NCBI GenBank assembly: GCA_963823335.1
Contig: CAWGLD010000006.1
Coordinates: 34,559-98,558 of the forward strand
From: an uncultured delta proteobacterium
GTDB lineage: Bacteria > Desulfobacterota > Desulfobacteria > Desulfobacterales > B30-G6
Direction: 5' to 3'
Length of the DNA stretch: 64,000 bases
Shown here: piece by piece, positions 55,358 through 64,000 of the stretch
How positions within the stretch are numbered: position 1 is the stretch's first letter
Layout: each line of letters begins with the position of its first letter
The notes under the pieces: generated by a model
Told to the model about the DNA's origin: nothing
Seen by the model: only the letters and a program-made list of their open reading frames with translations
Databases searched by the model: none
Made by a program: the position numbers and the translations under genes

Positions 55358-57361
55358 TTACCCCGTTGCCTCATCGACGATTTCAGCAATATCTTTGACA
55401 GTTGCATCTTCCCGGCAGTCCGAAATGCCGTCGGTTAGCATGGTCACACAGAATGGACAGGCCGCGGCAACCGTTTTCGAACCGGTTGACAGTAACTCTT
55501 CGGCACGTTCTATGTTGATGCGTTTTCCAATGGTTTCCTCCATAAACATCCTTGCGCCACCAGCGCCACAGCAAAAGCCTTTGTCCCCGTGGCGTTCGGG
55601 CAAAACCAATTCACCACCTGTGTTAATGCTGCGCAGGAGTTCTCGCGGAGCAGCGATAATGCCGTTCCACCTCCCCAGATAGCAAGAATCATGAAAAGCA
55701 ATATCTCCCAAAGAAGTACCGTTGGGCTTCAGACGACCCTGTTTCACCAAATCCAGCAAAAACGCCGTGTGGTGGACAACGTCAAATTTTGCGCCAAACT
55801 GAGGGTATTCGTTTTTTATGATGTTGTAACAGTGAGGGCAGCCTGTAAGAATTTTTTTGGGTTTGTAGTGATTGAGGGTCTCAACGTTTTCCTGAATCAT
55901 GGTCTGAGCCAGGTATTCGTTTCCAGCCCTGCGGGCCATATCTCCGTTACAGCGTTCCTCCTGACCGAGTATGGCAAAATTGATTCCGGCTCTTTTTAAT
56001 ACGCGCACCAGCGCTCGAGATATTTTTTTCCCACGATCGTCGAATGATCCGGCACATCCGACGAAATAGAGAAGGTCCGTTTCGGGTTGATCCGACATGA
56101 GGGGTACATCCATGTCTTTGCACCAGTCAGCCCGGGTGTCGTCGGAAAACCCCCATGGATTCGACTGGTTTTCCAGATTCGTAAATGTTTCCTGCATTTC
56201 CGGCGGGAATGCAGCCTCCATAAGAACCTGGTATTTTCTAGCTTCCAGGATAATATCCAGATGCTGGATATTGACAGGACAAATGTCTTCGCAGGCCCGG
56301 CAGGTAGTGCATGACCACAGGACATCTTCAGTTACGTGAGACGCTTCTCGAATCAACGGTTCGACAGCGTCGATGTTGCCTGCCAAAAGTGGTCCTGCCT
56401 GATCGAAAAGATCGTGTTTGATATCGGACACCACTCTCTTTGGTGAAAGAGGCTTGCCGCTGTAGTCTGCCGGACATTGCTCCTGGCACCGGCCACACTC
56501 CGTGCAGGCATACAGATCGAGTACCGATTTCCAGTTTAAATCCGAAACACGGCCGAGTCCGAAGCTGTCCGCATCCTCGTCTTCGATATCTGTTTTAATG
56601 ATCGCTTTTTCCCGTTCCAAAGGCTTTAAATAAACATTGGGGACGGCTGCCAGCAGATGCAGATGCTTGGACCCGGGAATATAAATGAGAAACCCAAGAA
56701 TCGTCAGGATGTGGATCCAGTAGGATATTTCATACCCTATCGTTAACTGACCTACAGTCAGAGACGAAAAAGCGAATAGATTCGCCAAACCGGCTGACAC
56801 CGTGAAAAAGGCTGAATAGTCAAAACCATCCTCAGCGGGTTGCGACATCTGGAAGGCATTGACAAGGTGAAACGACACGATGATGACGGCTGTGAAAAGA
56901 ATGATAAGTTTTGCATCCAGATTATTGGTTAAATATTCAGGTTTTTCAATCAAGCGTCTGTAAAGAGCATACCCAAGCCCAAACAGAACAAAGATTGCGA
57001 GGGTGTCTGCGACAAAGAGGTACGCACCATAGAGGCCAGGCGATAAATGAGAAACGTGAAAACCGGGAAATACGCCTTGAACCATCAACTCCAGGGAGTG
57101 AGGCTGGACAGCTATAAAACCAAAAAATATCAAGGTATGCGCCATGCCTGGGAGGAACTTTCTCCTGACATTCGACTGGCCGATCACGTCCGTGAAAAGT
57201 GTTTTGACCCTCTCGGGAAAACGATCTATTTGCAGGGACGCCTTGCCTTTTACGGCCATCATAATTCTGACAAGATGCCTGACCTTTACAAAAAAAAGAC
57301 TGAATGCGGTTATAAGGAAGACCGCCATTATCAAAGATTTAATTATCGTATAGGTACCCAT
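55358..57361 (-). CDS. membrane-bound Fe-S oxidoreductase (HdrD/DsrK-like with an N-terminal multi-TM domain); candidate ETF:menaquinone oxidoreductase
   Basis: 667 aa. About 6 N-terminal TM helices. CTECGRCQEQCP and CTTCRACEDICP ferredoxin motifs. Two CCG-type Cys-rich domains (VGCAGSF, GCPHC, FCCGAGG). Confidence 0.7.
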   Translation of the reverse strand: MGTYTIIKSLIMAVFLITAFSLFFVKVRHLVRIMMAVKGKASLQIDRFPERVKTLFTDVIGQSNVRRKFLPGMAHTLIFFGFIAVQPHSLELMVQGVFPGFHVSHLSPGLYGAYLFVADTLAIFVLFGLGYALYRRLIEKPEYLTNNLDAKLIILFTAVIIVSFHLVNAFQMSQPAEDGFDYSAFFTVSAGLANLFAFSSLTVGQLTIGYEISYWIHILTILGFLIYIPGSKHLHLLAAVPNVYLKPLEREKAIIKTDIEDEDADSFGLGRVSDLNWKSVLDLYACTECGRCQEQCPADYSGKPLSPKRVVSDIKHDLFDQAGPLLAGNIDAVEPLIREASHVTEDVLWSCTTCRACEDICPVNIQHLDIILEARKYQVLMEAAFPPEMQETFTNLENQSNPWGFSDDTRADWCKDMDVPLMSDQPETDLLYFVGCAGSFDDRGKKISRALVRVLKRAGINFAILGQEERCNGDMARRAGNEYLAQTMIQENVETLNHYKPKKILTGCPHCYNIIKNEYPQFGAKFDVVHHTAFLLDLVKQGRLKPNGTSLGDIAFHDSCYLGRWNGIIAAPRELLRSINTGGELVLPERHGDKGFCCGAGGARMFMEETIGKRINIERAEELLSTGSKTVAAACPFCVTMLTDGISDCREDATVKDIAEIVDEATG

Positions 57362-57436
57362 TGATTCTCCACCGTGATTCAGATGCGCTCGCTAACCCCG
57401 CAGCAAGCTAAGGGGGAATGCGCTCGTTGTTTCGGT

Positions 57437-58249
57437 TCAAGACACAATCACGACGTTAACGCCCATTTTATCGATATATTTCTGAAAATCGGAAGGTATT
57501 TTCCGGTTGGTTATAAGGACATTAATGTGTTTAAGAGGTGCAATCGATATTTCAGCAACCAGACCGAATTTGAAATGATCCGCCATGACGATCACCTGAC
57601 CCCGCGTCTGCTGAATCATACTTCTTTCGATGGCAGCTATTTCAAAATCCGGTGTGCTCACACCGGCACTGAGACTGAGCCCGTCGGCACCGATAAAAAC
57701 CTTGGTGGCGTTTACCTGTCGGATCATTTCCATGGTCAACGGCCCTGAAAGCGCGTGGGTTGTGGGGTTGTATCTACCGGGCAACAACACCAGCTCGGCT
57801 GCCATGTTTACCGTTTCCGACTCCGGTATTACACCGAGATTGTTGGTAAATATGGTAAAAGGCAGGGCGGGGTCCACAAAACGAACCAACATCGATGCCG
57901 TGGTTCCTTCCCCAATGTAAACCGTGTCATGGGGTTCGATCAGGGACGCAGCTTTTTGGGCAATTTTTTCTTTTTGCTCACGATTCTCATTTATGCTGTT
58001 TCGGTAATGAAAGTTGCTTGTCACCCGCTCCTGCCGGAACACGGCCCCGCCGTGGGTTCTTTCCACAAGCCCCGATTGTTCTAGAACATCCAGATCTCGG
58101 CGAATCGTCATCTCGGATACACCGAGCAGTTTGCTCAAATTTGAACTCCGCGTACTGAAATCTTCTTTCAGGATATCGATTATTCGCTGCTGCCGCTCGA
58201 CAGGCAGGAACGAATTATTTTTACTCTTGTTTATCAGTGTGTGTTTCAT
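57437..58249 (-). CDS. DeoR-family transcriptional regulator
   Basis: 270 aa. N-terminal HTH ERQQRIIDILKEDFSTRSSNLSKLLGVSEMTIRRDLDVLE. C-terminal DeoR sugar-binding-like domain. Confidence 0.85.
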   Translation of the reverse strand: MKHTLINKSKNNSFLPVERQQRIIDILKEDFSTRSSNLSKLLGVSEMTIRRDLDVLEQSGLVERTHGGAVFRQERVTSNFHYRNSINENREQKEKIAQKAASLIEPHDTVYIGEGTTASMLVRFVDPALPFTIFTNNLGVIPESETVNMAAELVLLPGRYNPTTHALSGPLTMEMIRQVNATKVFIGADGLSLSAGVSTPDFEIAAIERSMIQQTRGQVIVMADHFKFGLVAEISIAPLKHINVLITNRKIPSDFQKYIDKMGVNVVIVS

Positions 58250-58279
58250 TTGTTAAACGGACATGTTTAAAAAGTTTGT

Positions 58280-59797
58280 TCAGGTATTCATTACCAGACT
58301 AGCCGGATCGAAGTCGGGATTTTTCGGTTCAACTCCCCATTCTTTTTCCACTTCAGTCACAAACCTTCGTAAATCAGCGGCTACGGACTCAGAAAGAGGT
58401 GTCGGTTTATGGTTGACTAATATATCTTTGACCTTTGCATTGGCCAAATCATAGGGGTCGGGTTTTCCGGCATTTATCCAGGTGGTTCGATTCATGCGTT
58501 GAAAAAATTTCGGTCTGCTTTGTGTCCGCATATATTTCAGGGTCATGGGTGACATTAGAAAATCGGACTTGGAGCCCCCTTGCCTAACTTCATCCACACA
58601 TAATGTCTCATCACTGACTTCGACCCCACCAAGAAAATACTTTACCATATCAATTATGTCGCTATCTAATAACAATTGGGCATAATCCACAACCATGCCA
58701 CACTCTAACATTCCTGCTCCGTATAAGACATTGTTCCCTGACATTGCCGCAATGAGAGCTGTTAGAGTTTTTTCATGGCCGGCTTGTGCCCCACCGGCGA
58801 TATTGCTATCCGTCTACGTCCCGCCGCTCCAGGAGGGTACTTTGTAAAACTGGGCCATTTGGGCGTTCATGGCGGCAAATAACGCCATTTCCGGAGAACC
58901 CACCGCAGCTTCGGCACTTTTTAGATCCATTGATGTCGTTGAACTGCTGCAAATCACCGGGGCTCCGGGACGCACAGCTTGGTGCATCACGACACAGGCG
59001 AGAAATTCGGCATTTTGAACAGCCTGGGTGCCAGCCAGGGTAATCGGACTGGTAGCGCCCGAGAGCGCCATCGTTGTAAAACGAACAGGAATGCTGAGTT
59101 CGGCGGCCTTCATGCCAATTTCGCAGCAATGTTTGACCAGGCGCAAAGGGGTAACCGGGCAGGTAGAGGCGCATATCAGGGGGTTATCCACCAAGGTATC
59201 TTCTCCACCGGCAATGATGGCTGACATTTGATAGATTTTTTCCAGACACCTCCCGTCACCGGGTCCTAAGCTGACCGGTTTGTCCGTGTTATTTACAAGT
59301 GCTTCATAATTATGGAGTGTATAGGTAACAGGGTCTACATCCAGAGAAGAAACAGGTCGATGACAAACGCCATAGGCATCCAGTGCATCCATCAATCTTG
59401 CTCCGGCAGCCAGATCTTTTTTGGTCGAGTCCCTGATTTTACCGGTATTGATATCCACAACACTGACACCTTCGCCAAATGAGGTGAAGGTTACCCTTTT
59501 ACCTTCCATGATGTAACTTTTATCATGGTTACGTGCGCCCAGCGTAATTCTGGACGGCGCTGTTCTTATGGCTTTTTCTACAAGGTAGTGAGGTATTTTG
59601 ACTATTTTTTTGTCGATATCTACACGGCAGCCGATGGAATGGAAGAGATCGATGGCGTCATCATCTTCCACATAAACACCGGTTTTTTCGAGTATTTCAA
59701 GGCTGGCATAGTGGATATCGGTAATCTCATCGTCGGACAATACCTTGAAATCAATACCTTTGATTTGATATTTGCCGCTGCAAATGGCACGATTCAT
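58280..59797 (-). CDS. mttB: trimethylamine methyltransferase MttB with one in-frame UAG (candidate pyrrolysine codon) at 58814..58816
   Basis: Track ORFs 58814..59797 and 58280..58744 share one frame. The 23 codons between them are open. The joined product is 505 aa. Context is KVPSWSGGT-UAG-TDSNIAGGAQAGHEKT. GGAGG RBS before ATG 59797. Confidence 0.7.
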
Positions 59798-60422
59798 ATT
59801 TATCCTCCTTTCACATGGTAATGGTTTTCGGTGTGCGCCTTTAAAGCTGGATGCTTATCTCACGCGAACCGTGCCACAACTTCCGTATTAAATCTATGGC
59901 TTAGCAAAGAAATGCAGCATCGTAGCTGTTGTTTCCCCCGGTGTATATTATGTTTGAATCTGATGTCAAGTGTTAGTTTTAAAATGATAATGAACATAGA
60001 GATAAAAAGGGAAGACAATCATATTTATGGAATTTAATGGATACGAATATTTGTTTTCAATATACTAGATTAATTAGATATAAAAATAGTACAGAATATG
60101 TAAACCAGATCTTTCATGTCTGCAAGCGCGTTGCCGCGAGGGATTGAAGCTACCCATTTCCAGCTGATTAATTACCTATCGAATCTGTCAATCATCACTA
60201 ATACGAACATTAATCAATTTAGCTGCATTTTTTTTGACGACAAATGCAAAACAACCCCTGCATTAACCTGCCTTAAAGTATTGACACGATTCAATATATT
60301 TTATATCGTCAACAGATTGTGGTTATGCATATGTTTATGAAACGCGTCGTTCTCGCTTATATGGTCAAAGATTTAACATCCTGCTTGCAGGCAAATTTTC
60401 TATCCTTAAAGGAATCTCCAAT

Positions 60423-61166
60423 ATGAGCACCCTTCGGATAAAAACCATCTTTGCTGTTTCTGTTTTGTTATGTAGTCTTTATGGTATTGTTCTAGTGTCC
60501 GCCGCCATGGCCGACACCCAATATGTTTCAGAGTTGTTGATTATTTCGATCAAAGAAAGCCAGGATCCTGATGCCGCTGTGACAGGGTATCTGCGGTCCG
60601 CCGACCCGGTGGAGGTCCTGGAAGAAACCGAAGAATTGATGCAAATTCTGACAGCAGACGGCACCCAGGGATGGGTCAGAAAAAAATTCATTGTGAAAGA
60701 AAAACCCAAAGCCGTCATCATCAGTGAACTCGAAGAAAAAATCGCCCTGCTGGAGGACGACATTAAAACCCTCCAGGAAGGATCTGACACGCAGGGGTTA
60801 ATGAATACGATCAAGGAGAACAGACAGCAGATTGCAGCCCTGACGGCATCTCTGGAAAATGAAAAGAAGACATCATTGAGCTTGAAAGAGAACCTGACCC
60901 AGGTCAACACCTCGTATCAGGATCTTGAGAACACGCACAAAAACGACGCTGGCAAGATAAAAGAACTCGCCTCTATTAAAAAAGAACTCGCCTCCATTAA
61001 AGAAGAAAACAAAGCCCTGAAAGATAAAATAGCAGCCATGACGCCCACTGATTCAACCCCCATGCTGTCGGGAAACATGAAATGGTTTCTCATCGGGGGC
61101 AGTGTTTTGCTTTTGGGTTTTCTCATCGGAAGGTCCATCAGGGGAAACCGGACGCATCGGTATTAA
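60423..61166 (+). CDS. YgiM-like SH3-domain protein (signal/anchor, SH3b, coiled coil, C-terminal TM)
   Basis: 247 aa. Architecture matches the TIGR04211-type SH3 protein family. C-terminal WFLIGGSVLLLGFLIG helix. Confidence 0.65.
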   Translation: MSTLRIKTIFAVSVLLCSLYGIVLVSAAMADTQYVSELLIISIKESQDPDAAVTGYLRSADPVEVLEETEELMQILTADGTQGWVRKKFIVKEKPKAVIISELEEKIALLEDDIKTLQEGSDTQGLMNTIKENRQQIAALTASLENEKKTSLSLKENLTQVNTSYQDLENTHKNDAGKIKELASIKKELASIKEENKALKDKIAAMTPTDSTPMLSGNMKWFLIGGSVLLLGFLIGRSIRGNRTHRY

Positions 61167-61171
61167 AATTC

Positions 61172-61213
61172 AGCCATAAGCAATAAGCAGCTTAGCGCTT
61201 AATGCTTATGGCT
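61172..61213. terminator. 11-bp-stem palindrome between the convergent SH3-protein and dctM genes
   Basis: AGCCATAAGCA-(20 nt containing AAGC..GCTT)-TGCTTATGGCT. Related to the AAGCTTATAGC motifs of family A. Confidence 0.45.
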
Positions 61214-61243
61214 TATAGCTCAATAACCGATCCCCCTGATTTG

Positions 61244-62548
61244 TCATTTGATCAAGCCCGGCAGAAACAGAACAAGTTTCGGGAATATCATGAGTATGAA
61301 GATACAGAGAAGATAGGCAGGCAGAAAATAGGTCACACCCTTGAATACATCTTCCAGGGGCACATCTTTTGCCATGCCGCCGACCACATAAGTGGTAGCC
61401 CCCACGGGAGGTGTGACAGCACCGAGCGTTGTCACCACGGTAATGGTAACCCCGAACCAGATGGGGTCGTATCCAAGTTCCATGGCTACAGGAAAGAAAA
61501 TAGGGATTGTGATCAAGAGCAGTGCCAGGGCATCCATCACCGCACCACCCACAATATATATGGCAAAGATAATTGCCATGATGGCCATGTCAGGAACCGG
61601 CAAGCCTACAACCCAGGAGGCGATGTCATAGGGTATCCGGGTTACCGCCAGAAATCGACCGAATATCATGGCACCGGCCACGATAACGATCACCATACAG
61701 GAGACCCGGATGGTATCGGTGATGGCCCTCAGAAAACCCTCCCAACTGAGTTTTTTCTGAATCACACTGAGCAGGACGGCGAAAAGAGACCCAACGGCAC
61801 CGGCCTCGGTGGGTGTAAAAAAGCCGAAATAGAGACCCATCATCACCAGCATGAACAGAATGGCCATTTCAAAGGCACCCGAGAGACCCTTTATCTTTTC
61901 GACAAAGGTGGTCCTGGGTCCCACCGGCCCCCAGTCCGGATGCATTGTGCAGACAACATAGACCGTCAGAATCAGCAAAACCGCCAGAACAACTCCGGCA
62001 CCGATTCCGCCGTAAAACAGGCGGGCAATGGACTGTTCAGTGGAAAGCCCGATGACGATCAGCACTACGCTCGGCGGTATCACGACACCTAGTGTCGAGC
62101 CGCATGCTATCGCTCCTGTACTCAGACGTGAATCATAGCGGTACTTTTTCATCTGGGGGAGCGCTACCGTGGTCATGGTGGCTGCAGTGGCTGCATTGGA
62201 ACCGCAAATAGCTGAAAACGCCGAACAGGCCATGATGGTGGCCATGGCCACGCCGCCACGAATCTGGCCCACCCATTGATAGGCCGCTTTGTACAGTTTC
62301 TCGTTGACACCCGAATAAAATGCGATCTGCCCCATGAAAATAAACAAAGGGATGACGGTCAGGCCATATTTGGAAAAGGTCTCCCACAAAACGGAGCCCA
62401 GCATGTTCAATCCTGCCTTGAAAGAGATAAGATAGCAGAACCCGCAGAATCCCACGATGCCCATGGCGAAGCCCACAGGAGTACCGAGCAAGAAGAGCAT
62501 CAACAAGAGGATGACGATGCCGAGGATACCAATAGCAGCTGGCGTCAC
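61244..62548 (-). CDS. dctM: TRAP transporter large permease subunit
   Basis: A GTG start at 62548 overlaps the dctQ stop (GTGA) and is preceded by AGGAGG. Multi-TM DctM-like sequence. Confidence 0.9.
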   Translation of the reverse strand: MTPAAIGILGIVILLLMLFLLGTPVGFAMGIVGFCGFCYLISFKAGLNMLGSVLWETFSKYGLTVIPLFIFMGQIAFYSGVNEKLYKAAYQWVGQIRGGVAMATIMACSAFSAICGSNAATAATMTTVALPQMKKYRYDSRLSTGAIACGSTLGVVIPPSVVLIVIGLSTEQSIARLFYGGIGAGVVLAVLLILTVYVVCTMHPDWGPVGPRTTFVEKIKGLSGAFEMAILFMLVMMGLYFGFFTPTEAGAVGSLFAVLLSVIQKKLSWEGFLRAITDTIRVSCMVIVIVAGAMIFGRFLAVTRIPYDIASWVVGLPVPDMAIMAIIFAIYIVGGAVMDALALLLITIPIFFPVAMELGYDPIWFGVTITVVTTLGAVTPPVGATTYVVGGMAKDVPLEDVFKGVTYFLPAYLLCIFILMIFPKLVLFLPGLIK

Positions 62549-63036
62549 GATTCTGCCTCCTTGGTGGAAATGAGCTGTTTTAAGAAATCCGTAAGAAGAA
62601 TCAATGCGAGCACCCCACACCCAAGGGCGACCGCATACGTGAATGGGTAGTAGATGATTCTGAGGGTTTCCGTGACTTCACCGGTACTTCTGAGGGTATT
62701 GGCTTTTAATGCCAGCTGCCAGCCGGCCAGGATAAAAAATACGGAACACATAGCATTGTTGACTGCCGCAAGAACCCAACGGGTCTTGGGAGGAAAGACA
62801 TTTACCAGTACATCCACGGCAATATGGCCTTTTTTGATCTGTGTGTAGGCCAAGGCAAAGGCTGTCAAAAGCGCTCCTGAAAATCCCATCAGTTCATATG
62901 TCCCGCTGATGGGCACCCAGAACATACGAAAAACAATATTGGCACATGTCAACAGAACCATGACAATCAGAACAAGGCCCGCCAGAAACGTCAGTATTTT
63001 GTTAAGGTACGCTGTAATCTTCGTTAAATAGTTCAT
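62545..63036 (-). CDS. dctQ: TRAP transporter small permease subunit
   Basis: 163 aa with four TM helices, directly upstream of dctM. Confidence 0.85.
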   Translation of the reverse strand: MNYLTKITAYLNKILTFLAGLVLIVMVLLTCANIVFRMFWVPISGTYELMGFSGALLTAFALAYTQIKKGHIAVDVLVNVFPPKTRWVLAAVNNAMCSVFFILAGWQLALKANTLRSTGEVTETLRIIYYPFTYAVALGCGVLALILLTDFLKQLISTKEAES

Positions 63037-63051
63037 GATACATCCGAAGCA

Positions 63052-63120
63052 CGAAATTCGAAATACGAAACAATACTCAATGTTTGGATTTGTTTCGTAT
63101 TTCGATATTCGAATTTAGAG
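63052..63120. repeat. CGAAATACGAAAC-type repeat (copy 2) forming a long hairpin between dctP and dctQ
   Basis: CGAAATTCGAAATACGAAACA...TGTTTCGTATTTCGATATTCGAATTT. The distal arm is the reverse complement of 6194..6231. Confidence 0.75.
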
Positions 63121-63140
63121 TTTTCTTTCGGCCGTACGTT

Positions 63141-64000
63141 TTACTTTCCAGCGTGTTTTGCGGTGAGCGCTTTGATGTCGTTCACAATGGCTTCACCGGG
63201 ATAGCCCTTTTCCGTAGCACTTTTGATCCAGTCTTCAGTCATAAAGGTAAGTTTGGCATCCCATTTGGCTTTCTCTGCAGAAGACAGGCGGATGAATTCC
63301 ACACCCTGTTCTTTTTGCGACCATGCATTGGCCTCTTTCACGTGATTGTCCATATACGTGCCCGTCCAAAGGGCCTGCTCCACACGCAGGTTTTCAATCA
63401 CTGCCTTGACATCATCGGGCAATGCATTCCATTTTTCGATATTCATGACCACCGCAAATGGATAGATGACCGTATCGGTTTGGGTAACATATTTACAAAT
63501 TTCTGCAAATTTAAAATCTTTCATGACCTCCGTGGAGGTAAAGAGACCCTGAACAACACCCTTTTGCAGGGCTTCGGGTGTTTCAGACATGGGCATACCT
63601 ACCTGGTTGGCACCCCAGGCTTTAAGGATCTGGGCCGCCCCACCAGAGGCTCTTAAGTCCAGGCCTTTGATATCATCAAGGGTTCTTACCGGTACTTTGG
63701 ACATGATATTGGCGGGTGCTGTGGTAAACATGGTCAGGACCCGGACCTTGGCAAAAGATGTGGGCAGGTATTTCTGATAGAGATCCCAGAGTACCAGACT
63801 ACCGGTTTTAGCATCGGGCAATCCCAATGGAAGGCTGGTGGCGTTGGTGGTGATAAAACGGCCGGGCTGATAGGCCATGCAGAGGCAACCGATATCTGCC
63901 GTTCCGGCGATGACACCGTCCATCATGTCCATGGCACCCAGGAGGGTTCCACCCGGGTATGTGTTGATGGCGACTTTGTTGGCAGTTCTTTGCTCAACTT
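63141..64000 (-). CDS. dctP: TRAP transporter substrate-binding protein (5' end beyond the window)
   Basis: The frame stays open upstream of the track Met to the window edge (...VAINTYPGGTLLGAMDMMDGVIAGTADIG...). DctP-family motifs. Confidence 0.85.
   Translation of the reverse strand, partial: VEQRTANKVAINTYPGGTLLGAMDMMDGVIAGTADIGCLCMAYQPGRFITTNATSLPLGLPDAKTGSLVLWDLYQKYLPTSFAKVRVLTMFTTAPANIMSKVPVRTLDDIKGLDLRASGGAAQILKAWGANQVGMPMSETPEALQKGVVQGLFTSTEVMKDFKFAEICKYVTQTDTVIYPFAVVMNIEKWNALPDDVKAVIENLRVEQALWTGTYMDNHVKEANAWSQKEQGVEFIRLSSAEKAKWDAKLTFMTEDWIKSATEKGYPGEAIVNDIKALTAKHAGK

Noticed and set aside
59860-59885. TGGCACG (-24-like element, minus strand) upstream of mttB as a sigma-54 promoter
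   Set aside because: The -12 GC dinucleotide is displaced (TGGCACGGTTCGCG), so the GG-N10-GC spacing is not met.
63107-63120. CTCTAAA-like string (minus strand), the anticodon-loop sequence expected for tRNA-Pyl
   Set aside because: It is part of the CGAAATACGAAAC hairpin repeat. No acceptor, D or T arms can be drawn. I found no other CUA-anticodon tRNA candidate in the window.

Overview
A 64 kb chromosomal segment of about 60 tightly packed genes. Gene content and synteny look like a Desulfobacterota (deltaproteobacterial sulfate-reducer-type) genome. That taxonomic call is inference only. All protein calls rest on motif recognition in the supplied or my own translations; no database search was possible.

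Layout:
- 1-32.9 kb is housekeeping. It holds guaB (partial at the window edge and missing from the ORF track), tsaC, sppA, rpsA, cmk, a four-subunit 2-oxoacid:ferredoxin oxidoreductase operon headed by a P-loop NTPase gene, a NamZ-like DUF1343 gene, rnhA, plsB, a MurU-AmgK fusion, dapB, alaS, recA, thpR, a DUF39 homocysteine-synthesis gene, an M23 peptidase, lptCAB-rpoN-hpf-ptsN-rapZ-EIIA(Man), gap, tpiA, secG and tRNA-Leu(GAG).
- 32.9-36.9 kb is an AT-rich stretch of small ORFs downstream of the tRNA.
- 36.9-48.9 kb holds a transketolase / GntR / transaldolase module followed by a cluster for alanine and D-amino-acid chemistry: ald, a HisC-like aminotransferase, a class IV aminotransferase, alr, a CapA-like protein, a MurI-like racemase and a Ddl-like ATP-grasp ligase.
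- 48.9-64 kb is a methylamine/betaine-type catabolic island. It holds etfBA, a non-Pyl MttB-family protein, a dimethylglycine-dehydrogenase-like flavoprotein, a membrane Fe-S oxidoreductase, DeoR, an MttB gene interrupted by a single in-frame TAG, a YgiM-like SH3 protein and a TRAP transporter (dctP runs off the window end).

Most notable observations:
1. The in-frame amber codon in mttB sits in the expected pyrrolysine context.
2. An ETF-linked demethylation island has no corrinoid-protein gene in view.
3. A D-amino-acid/ATP-grasp/CapA cluster has no obvious known product.
4. Several families of dispersed intergenic repeats are present. They include a 148-bp MITE with near-identical inverted copies, decayed four-helix-bundle gene cassettes (one lies between etfB and etfA), and hairpin repeats sitting inside operons.

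No CRISPR array, rRNA, transposase, integrase or recognisable defence system was seen.
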